A stretch of DNA of 64,000 nt from Escherichia coli (GCF_001677475.2 NZ_CP015229.1), one strand, 5' to 3'. Shown: positions 1 through 15,228, numbered from the stretch's first letter. Numbers and translations are program-made. Notes: generated from the sequence alone by a model not told the origin.

Positions 1-1058
1 AAGCCAGCATAACCAATGGCGTACAGGAATCCGTTAGGAAACAGCAGGCCACCCACAACAGGCGGGGCAAAGGTCAGCAACGCTGTTTTCAAACGGCCCA
101 TAGCCGAGTCGTCGAAACCAAACAGATCTGCCAGATAGTCAAACAAACCCAGCGTTACGCCAAGGAACGAACTCGCTACCGCAAAGTTTGAGAACACGAC
201 CAGCAGAAGATCCAGGCTACGGCTGTTCAGCACGCCGCTTAACGCCTGTACCAGCACATCAATATTACCGCCCTTCTCGGCGATGCCGATAAACTCCGGA
301 CGAGGGATGTTTCCCATCGTCGCCAGCAACCAGATGGTATACAGCGCCAGCGCCATCAGCGTACCGTACACCAGGCATTTCACGATGGTTTTCGGATCTT
401 TGCCGTAATACTTCATCAGGCTCGGCACGTTACCGTGATAACCAAACGATGCCAGACAGAATGGCAGCGTCATCAGCAGATACGGTGCATAAGACGCATT
501 GCTTTCGGCGACGTTGAACAATGTCGCAGGCTGCACATGTCCCAGCAGGCTACCGAAGGTGAGGAAAAACGTAATGACTTTCGCCCCCAGCACAATCGCC
601 GTCATCCGGCTGACCGCTTTGGTGCTCAACCACACCACAAACGCCACCAGTAGTGCAAAACCAAATCCAGCTGCCCGTGCAGGGACGTTCAGCGACATCT
701 CCGCGAAGGTGTGATGCAGAATCGAACCGCTGGCAGAAATATAGGCGTAAGTCAGGATATAGAGCACAAAGGCAATGGAAATGCCGTTGACTACGTTCCA
801 GCCTTTGCCGAGCAGGTCTTTGGTGATGGTGTCAAAGCTAGAACCGATTCGATAATTCAGGTTAGCTTCCAGAATCATCAAGCCGGAATGCAGCATACAG
901 AACCAGGTAAAGATCAGCGCCGCCATTGACCAGAAGAACCACGCCCCGGACATGACCACAGGCAGAGAAAACATCCCTGCGCCAATAATGGTGCCGCCGA
1001 TAATCACCACGCCGCCAAGCAGCGACGGTGACGTTTGGGTGGTGGTTAGTGTTGCCAT
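1..1058 (-). CDS. mtr: Tryptophan-specific permease Mtr, N-terminal ~352 codons (3' end cut by window edge)
   Basis: Reverse complement from 1058 translates [43 protein letters not shown]..., matching Mtr; ATG is the complement of 1056..1058. Not in ORF track because truncated. Confidence 0.85.
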   Translation of the reverse strand, partial: MATLTTTQTSPSLLGGVVIIGGTIIGAGMFSLPVVMSGAWFFWSMAALIFTWFCMLHSGLMILEANLNYRIGSSFDTITKDLLGKGWNVVNGISIAFVLYILTYAYISASGSILHHTFAEMSLNVPARAAGFGFALLVAFVVWLSTKAVSRMTAIVLGAKVITFFLTFGSLLGHVQPATLFNVAESNASYAPYLLMTLPFCLASFGYHGNVPSLMKYYGKDPKTIVKCLVYGTLMALALYTIWLLATMGNIPRPEFIGIAEKGGNIDVLVQALSGVLNSRSLDLLLVVFSNFAVASSFLGVTLGLFDYLADLFGFDDSAMGRLKTALLTFAPPVVGGLLFPNGFLYAIGYAG

Positions 1059-1140
1059 GAGGGCTTCTCTCCAGTGAAAAATAGTGCGACTGCGTTGTTA
1101 TGCATTGCACTGTACCAGTACACGAGTACAAAAGACAGAA

Positions 1141-1170
1141 AAAAAGCCCCGATGGTAAAAATCGGGGCTG
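1141..1170 (-). terminator. Intrinsic terminator downstream of deaD
   Basis: GC hairpin gccccgatggtaaaaatcggggc followed on the minus strand by a T-run (plus strand aaaaaaa at 1141..1147), 40 nt after the deaD stop. Confidence 0.6.
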
Positions 1171-1211
1171 TATATATTATTTTACAGATTGTGTTCGCTG
1201 TTTAGCGATGA

Positions 1212-3101
1212 TTACGCATCACCACCGAAACGACGACGACCGGTAGAGTCATCACGACGCGGAGCGCGGCCTTCACGACGTTCGCCGCTAAAACGACGAC
1301 CATCACCACGACCACCTTCACGGCGTTCACCGCTGAAGTTACGACCACCTTCACGACGTTCGCCACTGAAACCACGACCACCGCCACGACGCTCACCGCC
1401 AGTATGCGGCTGTGCATCGCCCAGTAACTGCATGTTCATCGGCTTGTTGAGAATGCGAGTGCGCGTAAAGTGTTGCAGCACTTCACCCGGCATACCTTTC
1501 GGCAGTTCGATGGTGGAGTGAGAAGCAAACAGCTTGATGTTACCGATGTAACGGCTGCTGATGTCGCCTTCGTTAGCAATCGCGCCAACGATATGACGAA
1601 CTTCAACACCATCATCGCGGCCCACTTCAATGCGGTACAGCTGCATATCGCCAACATCACGACGTTCACGACGCGGACGATCTTCACGGTCACCACGCGG
1701 GCCACGGTCGTTACGATCGCGCGGACCACGGTCATCACGGTCACGGAATTCACGTTTCGGACGCATCGGCGCATCTGGCGGAACAATCAGAGTACGTTCA
1801 CCCTGTGCCATTTTCAGCAGTGCGGCGGCCAGAGTTTCGAGATCCAGCTCTTCACCTTCTGCCGTCGGCTGAATTTTGCTCAGCAGTGCACGGTATTGAT
1901 CCAGATCGCTGCTTTCCAGCTGCTGCTGTACTTTAGCGGCGAATTTTTCCAGACGACGTTTGCCCAGCAGTTCTGCGTTCGGCAGTTCAACTTCCGGAAT
2001 GGTCAGCTTCATGGTGCGTTCAATGTTACGCAGCAGACGACGCTCACGGTTCTCAACGAACAGCAGCGCACGGCCAGCACGGCCCGCACGACCAGTACGA
2101 CCGATACGGTGAACGTAAGACTCAGAATCCATCGGGATATCGTAGTTAACTACCAGGCTGATACGCTCAACGTCCAGGCCACGGGCCGCAACGTCGGTCG
2201 CAATCAGGATGTCCAGACGACCATCTTTCAGTCGTTCCAGTGTCTGCTCACGCAGCGCCTGGTTCATGTCACCGTTCAGCGCGGCGCTGTTGTAGCCGTT
2301 ACGCTCAAGGGCTTCTGCCACTTCCAGAGTCGCGTTTTTGGTACGAACGAAGATAATCGCCGCATCAAAATCTTCCGCTTCCAGGAAACGTACCAGTGCT
2401 TCGTTTTTACGCATACCCCAGACAGTCCAGTAGCTCTGGCTGATGTCAGGACGGGTAGTCACGCTGGACTGAATGCGCACTTCCTGCGGCTCTTTCATAA
2501 AGCGGCGGGTAATGCGACGAATCGCTTCCGGCATGGTTGCAGAGAACAGAGCGGTCTGATGACCTTCCGGGATCTGCGCCATAATAGTTTCAACGTCTTC
2601 GATGAAGCCCATGCGCAGCATTTCGTCAGCTTCATCCAGAACCAGACCGCTCAGTTTAGAAAGGTCCAGAGTGCCACGTTTCAGGTGATCCAGCAGACGG
2701 CCCGGCGTACCGACAACGATCTGCGGCCCCTGACGCAGGGCGCGTAATTGCACGTCATAACGCTGGCCGCCGTACAGGGCAACCACGTTTACGCCGCGCA
2801 TGTGTTTAGAGAAATCCGTCATTGCCTCAGCAACCTGTACCGCCAGTTCGCGGGTCGGTGCCAACACCAGAATCTGTGGTGCTTTCAGCTCAGGATCAAG
2901 ATTCTGCAGCAGAGGTAAAGAGAATGCTGCAGTTTTTCCGCTCCCCGTCTGGGCCATACCCAGGACGTCGCGGCCATTCAGCAGATGTGGAATACACTCT
3001 GCCTGAATTGGAGATGGTTTTTCGTAACCCAGATCGTTAAGGGCTTCAAGGATAGGAGCCTTCAGGCCCAGATCTGCAAAAGTGGTTTCGAATTCAGCCA
3101 T
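1212..3101 (-). CDS. deaD: ATP-dependent DEAD-box RNA helicase DeaD/CsdA (629 aa)
   Basis: Translation [33 protein letters not shown]... with DEAD-box motifs ([25 protein letters not shown]). Track ORF (651 aa) over-extends; ATG at 3099..3101 gives the 629-aa product. Confidence 0.95.
1230..1420. repeat. Imperfect ~33-nt tandem repeats encoding the Arg/Gly-rich C-terminal tail of DeaD
   Basis: Three copies of cttcacgRcgttcRccRctgaa...acgaccac on the plus strand, giving the peptide repeats [10 protein letters not shown] in DeaD. Confidence 0.6.
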
Positions 3102-3174
3102 GTAGTACGTGTGCCTCAAAATTAATGGCGGCCAGTCTACATAACTCATCATGAAATTGATCAGCAATTTTCAT
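3094..3174 (-). CDS. yrbN: Small protein YrbN (26 aa) overlapping the deaD start
   Basis: Minus-strand ORF ATG(3172..3174) to TGA(3094..3096) translates [26 protein letters not shown]; matches my recollection of the annotated K-12 small protein between nlpI and deaD. Confidence 0.55.
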
Positions 3175-3280
3175 TGAAAAGTGTGAACCGGCTCAAAGTA
3201 GGTGTATTAACGAACAACAACGCCCTCACCCGTTAAGGTGATGGCAATCAAAAAAGATTACGGGCTGATGTGTACGTCAG

Positions 3281-4165
3281 CTATTGCTGGTCCGATTCTG
3301 CCAGGTCATCTTGGTCCTGGCCCAGGAGCGATAATTCCAACAATGCGTATCGGTGCTCAACAAAGTTATGAACGTTGTTGGCAACCGCCAGTTTGAACAG
3401 TGCCGTGGCGCTGTCCAAATCCCCCAGACTTAGGTAGTACTTACCTAAATAGAAGTTGGTTTCACTGAGATGCTCAGCGAGCGAGGTGTTATCCGTTGCG
3501 TCCGCCTTGAGCCTTTCCATTAACGTTTGTTCGCTAATGTTGCCCAGGTAGAACTCGACAATGTTCCATCCCCACTGTTCCTTATCCGATTTTTCGAAGT
3601 GCTGTTTCAACACTTCTTTAGCCTGCTTCTCATCGAGCTTCTGCTCGGCGAGATAAAGCCACAGACTACGGAAAGGATCATTGGGATCGTCTTGATAAAA
3701 CGCCAGCAGATCATCTTGCGCTAACTTGTCACGACCGCCGTAATATAATGCGATCCCGCGATTCAAGTGCGCGTAGTTGTAAGTTGGATCAAGCTCAAGT
3801 ACAGAATCAAACGCTTCATAGGCAGCATCAAAATTGCCTGCCTGCGTTAAATATATGCCTAAGTAATTGAATACTTCAGGCATATCCGGTCGGATTGCCA
3901 GCGCTTGCGAAAAATCGTTACGCGCTAATGCCCTCAGACCGAGACTATCATACAACACTCCGCGCTCATATAAAAGCTGTGCGCGTTCGTCATCGGTTAA
4001 AGCCCGACTGGCAAGGATTTGTTCCATACGTGCCAGAATCACTTCCTGCTGTAAAGTCGGTTGCAATGGTACCGCGAGGACTTCACTTTTACGCCAGGAA
4101 GTATTACTGCATCCTGCAAGCGTAAGTGCTGTCGCAACGAAACACCAGCGCAAAAAAGGCTTCAT
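3281..4165 (-). CDS. nlpI: TPR-repeat lipoprotein NlpI (294 aa)
   Basis: Translation [26 protein letters not shown]... with lipobox LAGC and TPR-like repeats; conserved position upstream of deaD. Confidence 0.95.
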
Positions 4166-4273
4166 TTCCCACTCCCGAAGACCACGGTTGAATGAACGTC
4201 CTGTTCCCGGTTGCTAACAAGGCGTCCTGCCCGGTTAAAAGCCCCCCGCCGCAGCGGAGGGCAAATGGCAACC

Positions 4274-6409
4274 TTACTCGCCCTGTTCAGCAGCCGGAGC
4301 TTCCGGTGCTGCAGCAGGTTGAGACTGCTCAGTCGCTTCTTTAATGCTCAGACGGATACGGCCCTGGCGATCAACTTCCAGAACTTTCACCGGTACTTCC
4401 TGACCCATCTGCAGGTAATCGGTCACTTTCTCAACGCGTTTGTCAGCGATCTGAGAGATGTGTACCAGACCTTCTTTACCGCCGCCGATGGCAACAAATG
4501 CGCCAAAGTCAACTATACGGGTCACTTTACCATTGTAGACGCGGCCCACTTCGATTTCTGCAGTGATCTCTTCGATACGACGAATAGCATGTTTCGCTTT
4601 CTCGCCGTCGGTCGCTGCGATTTTCACAGTACCGTCATCTTCGATTTCGATGGTGGTGCCAGTTTCTTCGGTCAGAGCACGGATAACAGAACCGCCTTTA
4701 CCGATAACGTCTTTGATCTTGTCCGGGTTGATCTTGATGGTATGGATACGCGGAGCGAACTCAGAGATATCGCCGCGCGGCGCGTTGATCGCCTGTTCCA
4801 TTACGCCCAGGATATGCAGACGCGCACCTTTAGCCTGGTTCAGTGCAACCTGCATGATCTCTTTGGTGATACCTTCAATTTTGATATCCATCTGCAATGC
4901 AGAGATACCGTCGCGGGAACCCGCAACTTTGAAGTCCATATCGCCCAGGTGATCTTCGTCGCCTAAAATGTCAGACAGTACAACGTAGTTGTCGCCTTCT
5001 TTCACCAGACCCATTGCGATACCCGCAACAGCAGCTTTGATCGGCACACCTGCGTCCATCAGCGCCAGAGACGCGCCGCACACGGAAGCCATAGAAGAAG
5101 AACCGTTGGATTCGGTGATTTCAGACACTACACGTACGGTGTACGGGAATTTGTCCATATCCGGCATGACTGCCAGCACGCCGCGCTTCGCCAGACGACC
5201 GTGACCAATTTCACGACGCTTCGGAGAACCGACCATGCCGGTTTCGCCTACGGAGTACGGAGGGAAGTTGTAGTGGAACAGGAAGGTGTCAGTACGTTCG
5301 CCCATCAGTTCATCAAGAACCTGCGCGTCACGAGCAGTACCCAGCGTTGCGGTAACCAGCGCCTGCGTTTCACCACGGGTGAACAGCGCAGAACCGTGAG
5401 TACGCGGCAGCACGCCAGTACGCACATCCAGACCACGGATCATATCTTTTTCACGACCATCGATACGCGGTTCGCCTGCCAGTACGCGGCTACGAACAAC
5501 GTTTTTCTCGATCGCGTGCAGAATTTCACCCAGTTCGTTTTCGTCCAGGGTTTCGTCTTCAGCAAGCAGCGTCGCGATGGTTTCAGATTTGATGACATCA
5601 ACCTGCGCATAACGCTCTTGTTTGTCGGTGATGCGGTAAGCATCACTCAGACGAGCTTCAGCCAGTGCAGCAACGCGCGCGTTCAGCGCTTCGTTTACCG
5701 GCTCCGGCTGCCAGTCCCAACGCGGTTTACCGGCTTCTTTCACCAGTTCATTGATGTTCTGAATAACAACCTGCTGTTGTTCATGACCGAACACTACTGC
5801 GCCCAGCATCTGGTCTTCACTCAGCAGTTCAGCTTCAGATTCAACCATCAGTACAGCGGCTTCAGTACCCGCAACAACCAGATCCAGTTTGCTCTCTTTC
5901 AGCTCGTCCTGAGTCGGGTTCAGTACGTACTGGTCATTGATGTAACCTACGCGGGCAGCACCAATCGGACCATTGAACGGAATACCAGACAGAGACAGTG
6001 CTGCGGAAGCACCAATCATCGCGACGATATCCGGGTTAACTTGCGGGTTAACAGAAACCACGGTGGCGATAACCTGAACTTCGTTGACGAAGCCTTCCGG
6101 GAACAGCGGGCGAATCGGGCGGTCAATCAGACGCGCGATCAGGGTTTCGCCTTCGCTTGGGCGGCCTTCACGACGGAAGAAGCTACCCGGGATACGACCA
6201 GCAGCGTAGGTACGCTCCTGATAGTTAACGGTCAGTGGGAAGAAGTCCTGACCTGGTTTGGCTTTTTTCTGGCCAACAACGGTAACAAATACCGCGGTGT
6301 CATCCATGCTAACCATAACAGCGGCAGTAGCCTGACGAGCCATCATGCCGGTTTCCAGAGTCACGGTGTGTTGGCCGTACTGGAATTTACGAACGATCGG
6401 ATTAAGCAA
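4274..6409 (-). CDS. pnp: Polynucleotide phosphorylase PNPase (711 aa), TTG start
   Basis: Translation (M)[30 protein letters not shown]... through KH/S1 C-terminus; start is TTG (complement of 6407..6409), as known for E. coli pnp. Track ORF (740 aa) over-extends. Confidence 0.95.
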   Translation of the reverse strand: MLNPIVRKFQYGQHTVTLETGMMARQATAAVMVSMDDTAVFVTVVGQKKAKPGQDFFPLTVNYQERTYAAGRIPGSFFRREGRPSEGETLIARLIDRPIRPLFPEGFVNEVQVIATVVSVNPQVNPDIVAMIGASAALSLSGIPFNGPIGAARVGYINDQYVLNPTQDELKESKLDLVVAGTEAAVLMVESEAELLSEDQMLGAVVFGHEQQQVVIQNINELVKEAGKPRWDWQPEPVNEALNARVAALAEARLSDAYRITDKQERYAQVDVIKSETIATLLAEDETLDENELGEILHAIEKNVVRSRVLAGEPRIDGREKDMIRGLDVRTGVLPRTHGSALFTRGETQALVTATLGTARDAQVLDELMGERTDTFLFHYNFPPYSVGETGMVGSPKRREIGHGRLAKRGVLAVMPDMDKFPYTVRVVSEITESNGSSSMASVCGASLALMDAGVPIKAAVAGIAMGLVKEGDNYVVLSDILGDEDHLGDMDFKVAGSRDGISALQMDIKIEGITKEIMQVALNQAKGARLHILGVMEQAINAPRGDISEFAPRIHTIKINPDKIKDVIGKGGSVIRALTEETGTTIEIEDDGTVKIAATDGEKAKHAIRRIEEITAEIEVGRVYNGKVTRIVDFGAFVAIGGGKEGLVHISQIADKRVEKVTDYLQMGQEVPVKVLEVDRQGRIRLSIKEATEQSQPAAAPEAPAAEQGE

Positions 6410-6610
6410 TGTAATATCCTTTCTCTTTCTTAGACAGTACCTTACGGCACTGGTGTTAATACCCGATCTTCTGCGCATCCTCGCGACTAATGACAACCCT
6501 AACCCAGCTCTATGTGGGTAAAGCCTCTCATTAGCCGCGCGAACCTCTGCAACGGAAGATCATTCATAGCAACAATACATTAGTTTCCAGTGAATTGCTG
6601 CCGTCAGCTT

Positions 6611-6640
6611 GAAAAAAGGGGCCACTCAGGCCCCCTTTTC
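6611..6640 (-). terminator. rpsO intrinsic terminator (hairpin also usable from the plus strand)
   Basis: ggggccactcaggcccc hairpin flanked by A-run on plus and T-run on minus, 16 nt downstream of the rpsO stop. Confidence 0.7.
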
Positions 6641-6655
6641 TGAAACTCGCAAGAA

Positions 6656-7021
<366 letters not shown>

Positions 7022-7073
7022 TTAAGCGGCAGTATTCTACTCGTAGCGACCTGTTATCGCAAGACGGTTAACA

Positions 7074-8018
7074 TTACGCCGGGTATTCAACCACCAGGCG
7101 ACGAGGCGCAACGCGGCCTTCATCGTCAATTTCGCCCATACCGATAAATTTGCCGTTCTCACCTTCCGTGACGCGAACCAGTCCTTCCAGCGGCGCACCG
7201 GATGTACGAACCGGGTTACCATTTTTGAAGTAAACAGAAGACGTTAACGGAAGATTCACCACCGGATAGTCCGAAGCTGGACTGTCCATTGGCATCAGTA
7301 ATGGATCAAGTAACTCCGCAGCCGGAATATCCTGCTGTTCAGCTTGTTCGACCAGTTCACGCAGATGTTCCAGGGTCACCATCCGTTCAACTGGATATTT
7401 ACTTACCGCCAGACGACGCAGGTAAATAACATGCGCGCCACAACCGAGTTTTTCACCCAGGTCGTCAATGATAGTGCGGATATAAGTACCTTTTGAGCAG
7501 TGAATTTCCAGCTCCAGCTCATTGCCTTCATGGCGAATAAACAGCAATTCATAAACGGTAATCGGACGCGCTTCACGCGGAACTTCAATGCCCTGACGCG
7601 CGTATTCGTACAGTTTTTTGCCCTGATATTTCAGTGCTGAATACATCGAAGGGATCTGTTCGATATCGCCACGGAAGGTATCCAGCGCCGCCGCCAGTTG
7701 CTCTGCACTAAAGGTTACCGGACGTTCTTCAACGATTTGTCCATCGGCATCGGAAGTATCGGTACGCTGTCCAAGACGCGCAATCACCCGATAGCGTTTG
7801 TCGGAGTCCAGCAGATACTGGGAAAACTTCGTCGCTTCCCCGAGGCAAATCGGCAACATGCCAGTTGCCAGCGGGTCCAGCGCGCCGGTGTGTCCGGCAC
7901 GGTTGGCGTTATATATACGTTTCACTTTTTGCAGCGCATCGTTGCTGGACATACCCTGCGGTTTATCCAGCAACAAAACGCCGTTAATGTCGCGACCGCG
8001 ACGACGAGGACGACTCAT
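7074..8018 (-). CDS. truB: tRNA pseudouridine-55 synthase TruB (314 aa)
   Basis: Translation [53 protein letters not shown]... (TruB catalytic Asp motif). Confidence 0.95.
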
Positions 8019-8419
8019 TAGTCCTCCTTGCTGTCGTCCGGGTTAACACGACGTTCTTCGTCATGTTTGACCACGCTGGTCACCAGGTTTGACATGCGCA
8101 TCCCTTCAACCAGCGAGTTGTCGTAGAAGAAGGTCAGTTCCGGCACGATACGCAGGCGCATCGCTTTCCCCAGCAGGCTGCGGATGAAACCAGAAGCTTC
8201 CTGCAACGCTTTGATGCCCGCTTTAACCGCGTCTTCATCTTTGTCGTTGAGGAATGTCACATATACTTTGGCATACGCCAGGTCGCGAGACATTTCGACA
8301 CCGGAAACGGTGGTCATCATGCCCAGGCGAGGATCTTTAATTTCACGCTGCAGGATGAGAGCGATCTCTTTTTGCATTTCCTGCGCTACGCGCTGCGGGC
8401 GACCAAATTCTTTCGCCAT
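8018..8419 (-). CDS. rbfA: Ribosome-binding factor A RbfA (133 aa)
   Basis: Translation [56 protein letters not shown]...; ATG is the complement of 8417..8419; track ORF over-extended by 6 codons. Confidence 0.93.
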
Positions 8420-8445
8420 AATAAATTCTCCTGACAAAAAAGGGG

Positions 8446-8468
8446 CTGTTAGCCCCTTTTTAAAATTA
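8446..8468 (-). terminator. Hairpin plus U-tract between infB and rbfA (possible internal attenuator/terminator)
   Basis: Minus strand reads aggggctaacagcccct followed by ttttttt. Confidence 0.45.
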
Positions 8469-8505
8469 ATTTCAGGTGGAAGGGCTGTTCACGTTGGCCT
8501 GATAA

Positions 8506-8569
8506 GACGCGCCAGCGTCGCATCAGGCAATCCATGCCGGATGCGGCGTAAACGCCTTATCCCGCATGG
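8506..8569. repeat. REP/BIME-type palindromic units in the infB-rbfA spacer
   Basis: gcctgataagacgcgccagcgtcgcatcaggc and gccggatgcggcgtaaacgccttatcccgcatgg resemble E. coli REP consensus. Confidence 0.6.
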
Positions 8570-8582
8570 AACCCTAAAAACC

Positions 8583-11255
8583 TTAAGCGATGGTACGTTG
8601 GATTTCGATGATTTCGAATACTTCGATCACATCGCCAGTGCGGACGTCGTTGTAGTTCTTAACGCCGATACCACATTCCATACCGTTACGGACTTCGTTA
8701 ACGTCATCTTTGAAGCGGCGCAGGGACTCCAGCTCGCCTTCGTAGATAACCACGTTGTCGCGCAGAACGCGGATCGGGTTGTGACGTTTAACCACACCTT
8801 CGGTAACCATACAACCTGCGATGGCACCAAATTTCGGTGATTTGAATACGTCACGAACTTCCGCCAGACCGATAATCTGTTGTTTCAGTTCCGGAGACAG
8901 CATACCGCTCATTGCCGCTTTCACTTCGTCGATCAGGTTATAGATGACGGAGTAGTAACGCAGATCCAGGCTTTCCGCTTCAATCACTTTACGTGCAGAG
9001 GCATCAGCACGTACGTTGAAGCCAACCAGGATGGCGTTGGACGCCGCAGCCAGGGTAGCGTCGGTTTCGGTGATACCACCTACGCCAGAACCGATGATCT
9101 TCACTTTAACTTCGTCAGTAGACAGTTTCAGCAAGGAGTCGGAGATAGCTTCCACAGAACCCTGTACGTCTGCCTTCAGGACGATATTCACTTCGTGAAC
9201 TTCGCCTTCGGTCATGTTGGCGAACATGTTCTCGAGTTTAGATTTCTGCTGACGCGCCAGTTTAACTTCGCGGAATTTACCCTGACGATAGAGTGCAACT
9301 TCACGCGCTTTCTTCTCGTCACGTACAACGGTAACTTCATCACCCGCAGCCGGAACGCCGGACAGGCCGAGGATTTCCACCGGAATGGACGGACCCGCTT
9401 CCAGCACTTCCTGACCCAGTTCGTTACGCATCGCACGAACACGACCGTATTCGAAGCCACACAGAACGATATCGCCCTTGTGCAGAGTACCTTCACGTAC
9501 CAGAACGGTAGCAACCGGACCACGACCTTTATCGAGGAAGGATTCGATAACCGCACCGCTCGCCATGCCTTTACGTACCGCTTTCAGTTCCAGAACTTCC
9601 GCCTGCAGCAGGATAGCGTCCAGCAGCTCATCGATACCAGTACCCGCTTTCGCAGACACATGTACGAACTGGCTTTCACCGCCCCACTCTTCCGGCAGGA
9701 TGCCGTACTGGGAGAGTTCGTTCTTAACGCGATCCGGATCGGCTTCTGGTTTATCGATCTTGTTCACTGCAACGACCACCGGAACCTGCGCCGCTTTCGC
9801 GTGCTGGATTGCTTCGATGGTCTGCGGCATTACGCCGTCGTCGGCAGCAACAACCAGGACTACGATGTCCGTTGCCTGCGCACCACGAGCACGCATTGAA
9901 GTAAACGCGGCGTGCCCCGGGGTGTCCAGGAAGGTGATCATGCCGTTTTCAGTTTCAACGTGGTATGCACCAATGTGCTGGGTAATGCCGCCCGCTTCGC
10001 CAGAGGCCACTTTCGTTGAACGAATGTAGTCCAGCAGAGAGGTTTTACCGTGGTCAACGTGACCCATGATGGTCACAACCGGCGCGCGCGGTTCAGCCGC
10101 TGCCCCCGTGTCACGGTCGCTCATTACCGCTTCTTCCAGCTCGTTTTCACGACGCAGGATAACTTTGTGGCCCATCTCTTCAGCAACCAGCTGTGCGGTT
10201 TCCTGATCGATAACCTGGTTGATGGTTGCCATTGCGCCCAGTTTCATCATCGCTTTGATGACCTGAGAGCCTTTAACAGCCATCTTGTTCGCCAGTTCGC
10301 CAACGGTGATGGTTTCGCCGATCACAACGTCACGGTTAACGGCCTGAGCAGGCTTCTGGAAGCCTTGCTGCAGCGAAGAACCTTTACGTTTTCCGCCTTT
10401 ACCGCCACGTACTGCTGCGCGTGCTTCTTCACGATCAGCTTTTGATTCAGCGTGTTTGTTGCCTTTCTTCGGACGCGCAGCTTTCGCGTTACGACCACGG
10501 CCACGGCCGCCTTCGACTTCACGATCGCTTTCGTCTTCTGCCTGGCGAGCATGTTGAGAAGTAGTGACGTGATAATCGCTGGAATCTTCAGTCGGTTCCG
10601 CGTTATCAGTCCATTTGTTTTCTTCCGCCATACGACGTGCTTCTTCAGCAACGCGACGTGCTTCTTCTTCGAGTTTACGACGCGCTTCTTCTTCGGCTTT
10701 ACGCTTGAGCTCTGCAGCTTCCTGCTCACGGCGGGCTTTTTCAGCCTGGGCGTTTTTAGTCATATCGTCTTGTTGATTGCTCACTTTGTCTTTTTCCGCA
10801 GCTTCACGTTTCGCTTGTTCAGCAGCTTCACGCTTAGCTTGTTCTGCGGCCTCACGTTCAGCTTTTTGTTGCGCCTCGCGTTTAGCCGATTCTTCTGCCT
10901 CACGACGGGCTTGCTCTTCCGCTTCACGCTGCGCTTGCTCTTCCGCTGCAAGGCGTTCAGCCTCTTGCGGATCGCGTTTCACAAAGGTGCGTTTCTTGCG
11001 GACTTCGATTTGTACCGATTTGCTTTTTCCACCGGTACCAGGAATGTTAAGGGTGCTGCGTGTTTTACGTTGCAGCGTCAATTTGTCCGGGCCTGAATTT
11101 TTCTGATTCAGGTGGTCAATCAAAGTCTGTTTCTCTTGTGCGGACACAGAGTCGTCAGCAGACTTCCGGATACCTGCATCAGCAAATTGCTGTACCAGGC
11201 GTTCCACGGAGGTCTGTCGCTCTGCGGCCAGCGTTTTAATCGTTACATCTGTCAT
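8583..11255 (-). CDS. infB: Translation initiation factor IF-2 (890 aa, alpha form)
   Basis: Translation [31 protein letters not shown]... with G-domain ([21 protein letters not shown]); in-frame internal starts at codon 158 (GTG) and 165 (ATG) are present. Confidence 0.97.
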
Positions 11256-11279
11256 GCTGTTCCTTCCTGCTACAGTTTA

Positions 11280-12767
<1,488 letters not shown>

Positions 12768-12794
12768 CGCGGGCTTTTCACCTCATCCAGACTA

Positions 12795-13247
12795 TTAAAA
12801 GTGGGGAACCAGGTTCGCCTTCTGGATATTACTCAGCGCGAACACTTCATCTTTACCTTCGACGGTAACTGTGATCATTTCACCGTCTACCGCTTTGATA
12901 ACGCCCTGCCATTTGCGACGGTTTTGTACCGCCATACGGAGAACCAAAGTCACCTCTTCTCCGACAAAACGGGCGTAGTGTTCAGCCGTGAACAGTGGGC
13001 GATCGAGACCCGGTGAGGAGACTTCCAGGTTATAAGCAACGGTGATGGGATCTTCAACATCCAGCACAGCACTTACCTGGTGGCTCACATCAGCACAATC
13101 ATCAACATTGATGCCATCTTCACTATCAATATAGATGCGCAGTGTGGATGTGCGACCGCGAATAAATTCGATGCCAACCAGTTCAAAACCCAGGGCCTCA
13201 ACTGGCGCAGTAATCATCTCTGTTAATTTTTGCTCTAATGTGGACAA
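12795..13247 (-). CDS. rimP: Ribosome maturation factor RimP (150 aa), probable TTG start
   Basis: Translation (M)[44 protein letters not shown]...; the 154-codon track ORF starts at an upstream TTG; I place the start at the TTG at 13245..13247 from memory of the 150-aa product. Confidence 0.85.
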
Positions 13248-13263
13248 GCCCACCCCCAAGACA

Positions 13264-13329
13264 TAAAAAAAGGGCCTAAAGCCCAGTTATTCTGTAGTCA
13301 GATAACAAAAAACCCCGATAAATCGGGGC
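13264..13329 (-). terminator. Two tandem hairpin/U-tract terminators downstream of metY
   Basis: Minus strand: gggctttaggccc + ttttttt (13264..13283) and ccccgatttatcgggg + tttttt (13305..13329). Confidence 0.6.
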
Positions 13330-13453
13330 TTTATATAACTGAACCCTATAACCGCAACTGCGGTCTGGAGCACTTTCCAGAAGGATTTTTTCAAATCCCA
13401 CTACGAAGGCCGAAGTCTTCACAGTATATTTGAAAAAGGACTCTAAGGGAAAG

Positions 13454-13530
<77 letters not shown>

Positions 13531-13791
13531 CCTGAAACGTGGCAAATTCTACTCGTTTTGGGTAAAAAATGCAAATACTGCTGGGATTTGGTGTACCGAG
13601 ACGGGACGTAAAATCTGTAGGCATTATAGTGATCCATGCCACATTTTGTCAACGTTTATTGCTAATCACGTGAATGAATATCCAGTTCACTTTCATTTGT
13701 TGAATACTTTTGCCTTCTCCTGCTCTCCCTTAAGCGCATTATTTTACAAAAAACACACTAAACTCTTCCTGTCTCCGATAAAAGATGATTA

Positions 13792-13826
13792 AATGAAAAC
13801 TCATTTATTTTGCATAAAAATTCAGT
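13792..13826 (+). promoter_or_regulatory. Putative ArgR operator (two ARG-box-like half-palindromes) in the argG promoter region
   Basis: aaaTGAAAactcATTTAt and ttTGCATaaaaATTCAgt resemble TnTGAATwwwwATTCAnw; spacing is atypical, so low confidence. Confidence 0.35.
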
Positions 13827-13862
13827 GAGAGCGGAAATCCAGGCTCATCATCAGTTAATTAA

Positions 13863-15221
<1,359 letters not shown>

Positions 15222-15228
15222 TTCGACA

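Noticed and set aside
1470-2747. 425-aa plus-strand ORF antisense to deaD
   Set aside because: Low-complexity composition (rich in F, T, R, Q), no recognisable domain, and fully nested antisense to a well-supported gene; typical codon-bias artefact.
5201-6433. 410-aa plus-strand ORF antisense to pnp
   Set aside because: Same reasoning: nested antisense to PNPase, no motifs.
8880-9899. 339-aa plus-strand ORF antisense to infB (also 10452..11096 and 10777..11106)
   Set aside because: Antisense to IF2; repeat-rich peptides ([12 protein letters not shown]) simply mirror the infB coding repeats.
10790-10950. Possible CRISPR-like periodic repeats
   Set aside because: The repeats are in-frame coding repeats of infB (and of deaD at 1230..1420), with no spacer/repeat architecture and no cas genes anywhere in the window.
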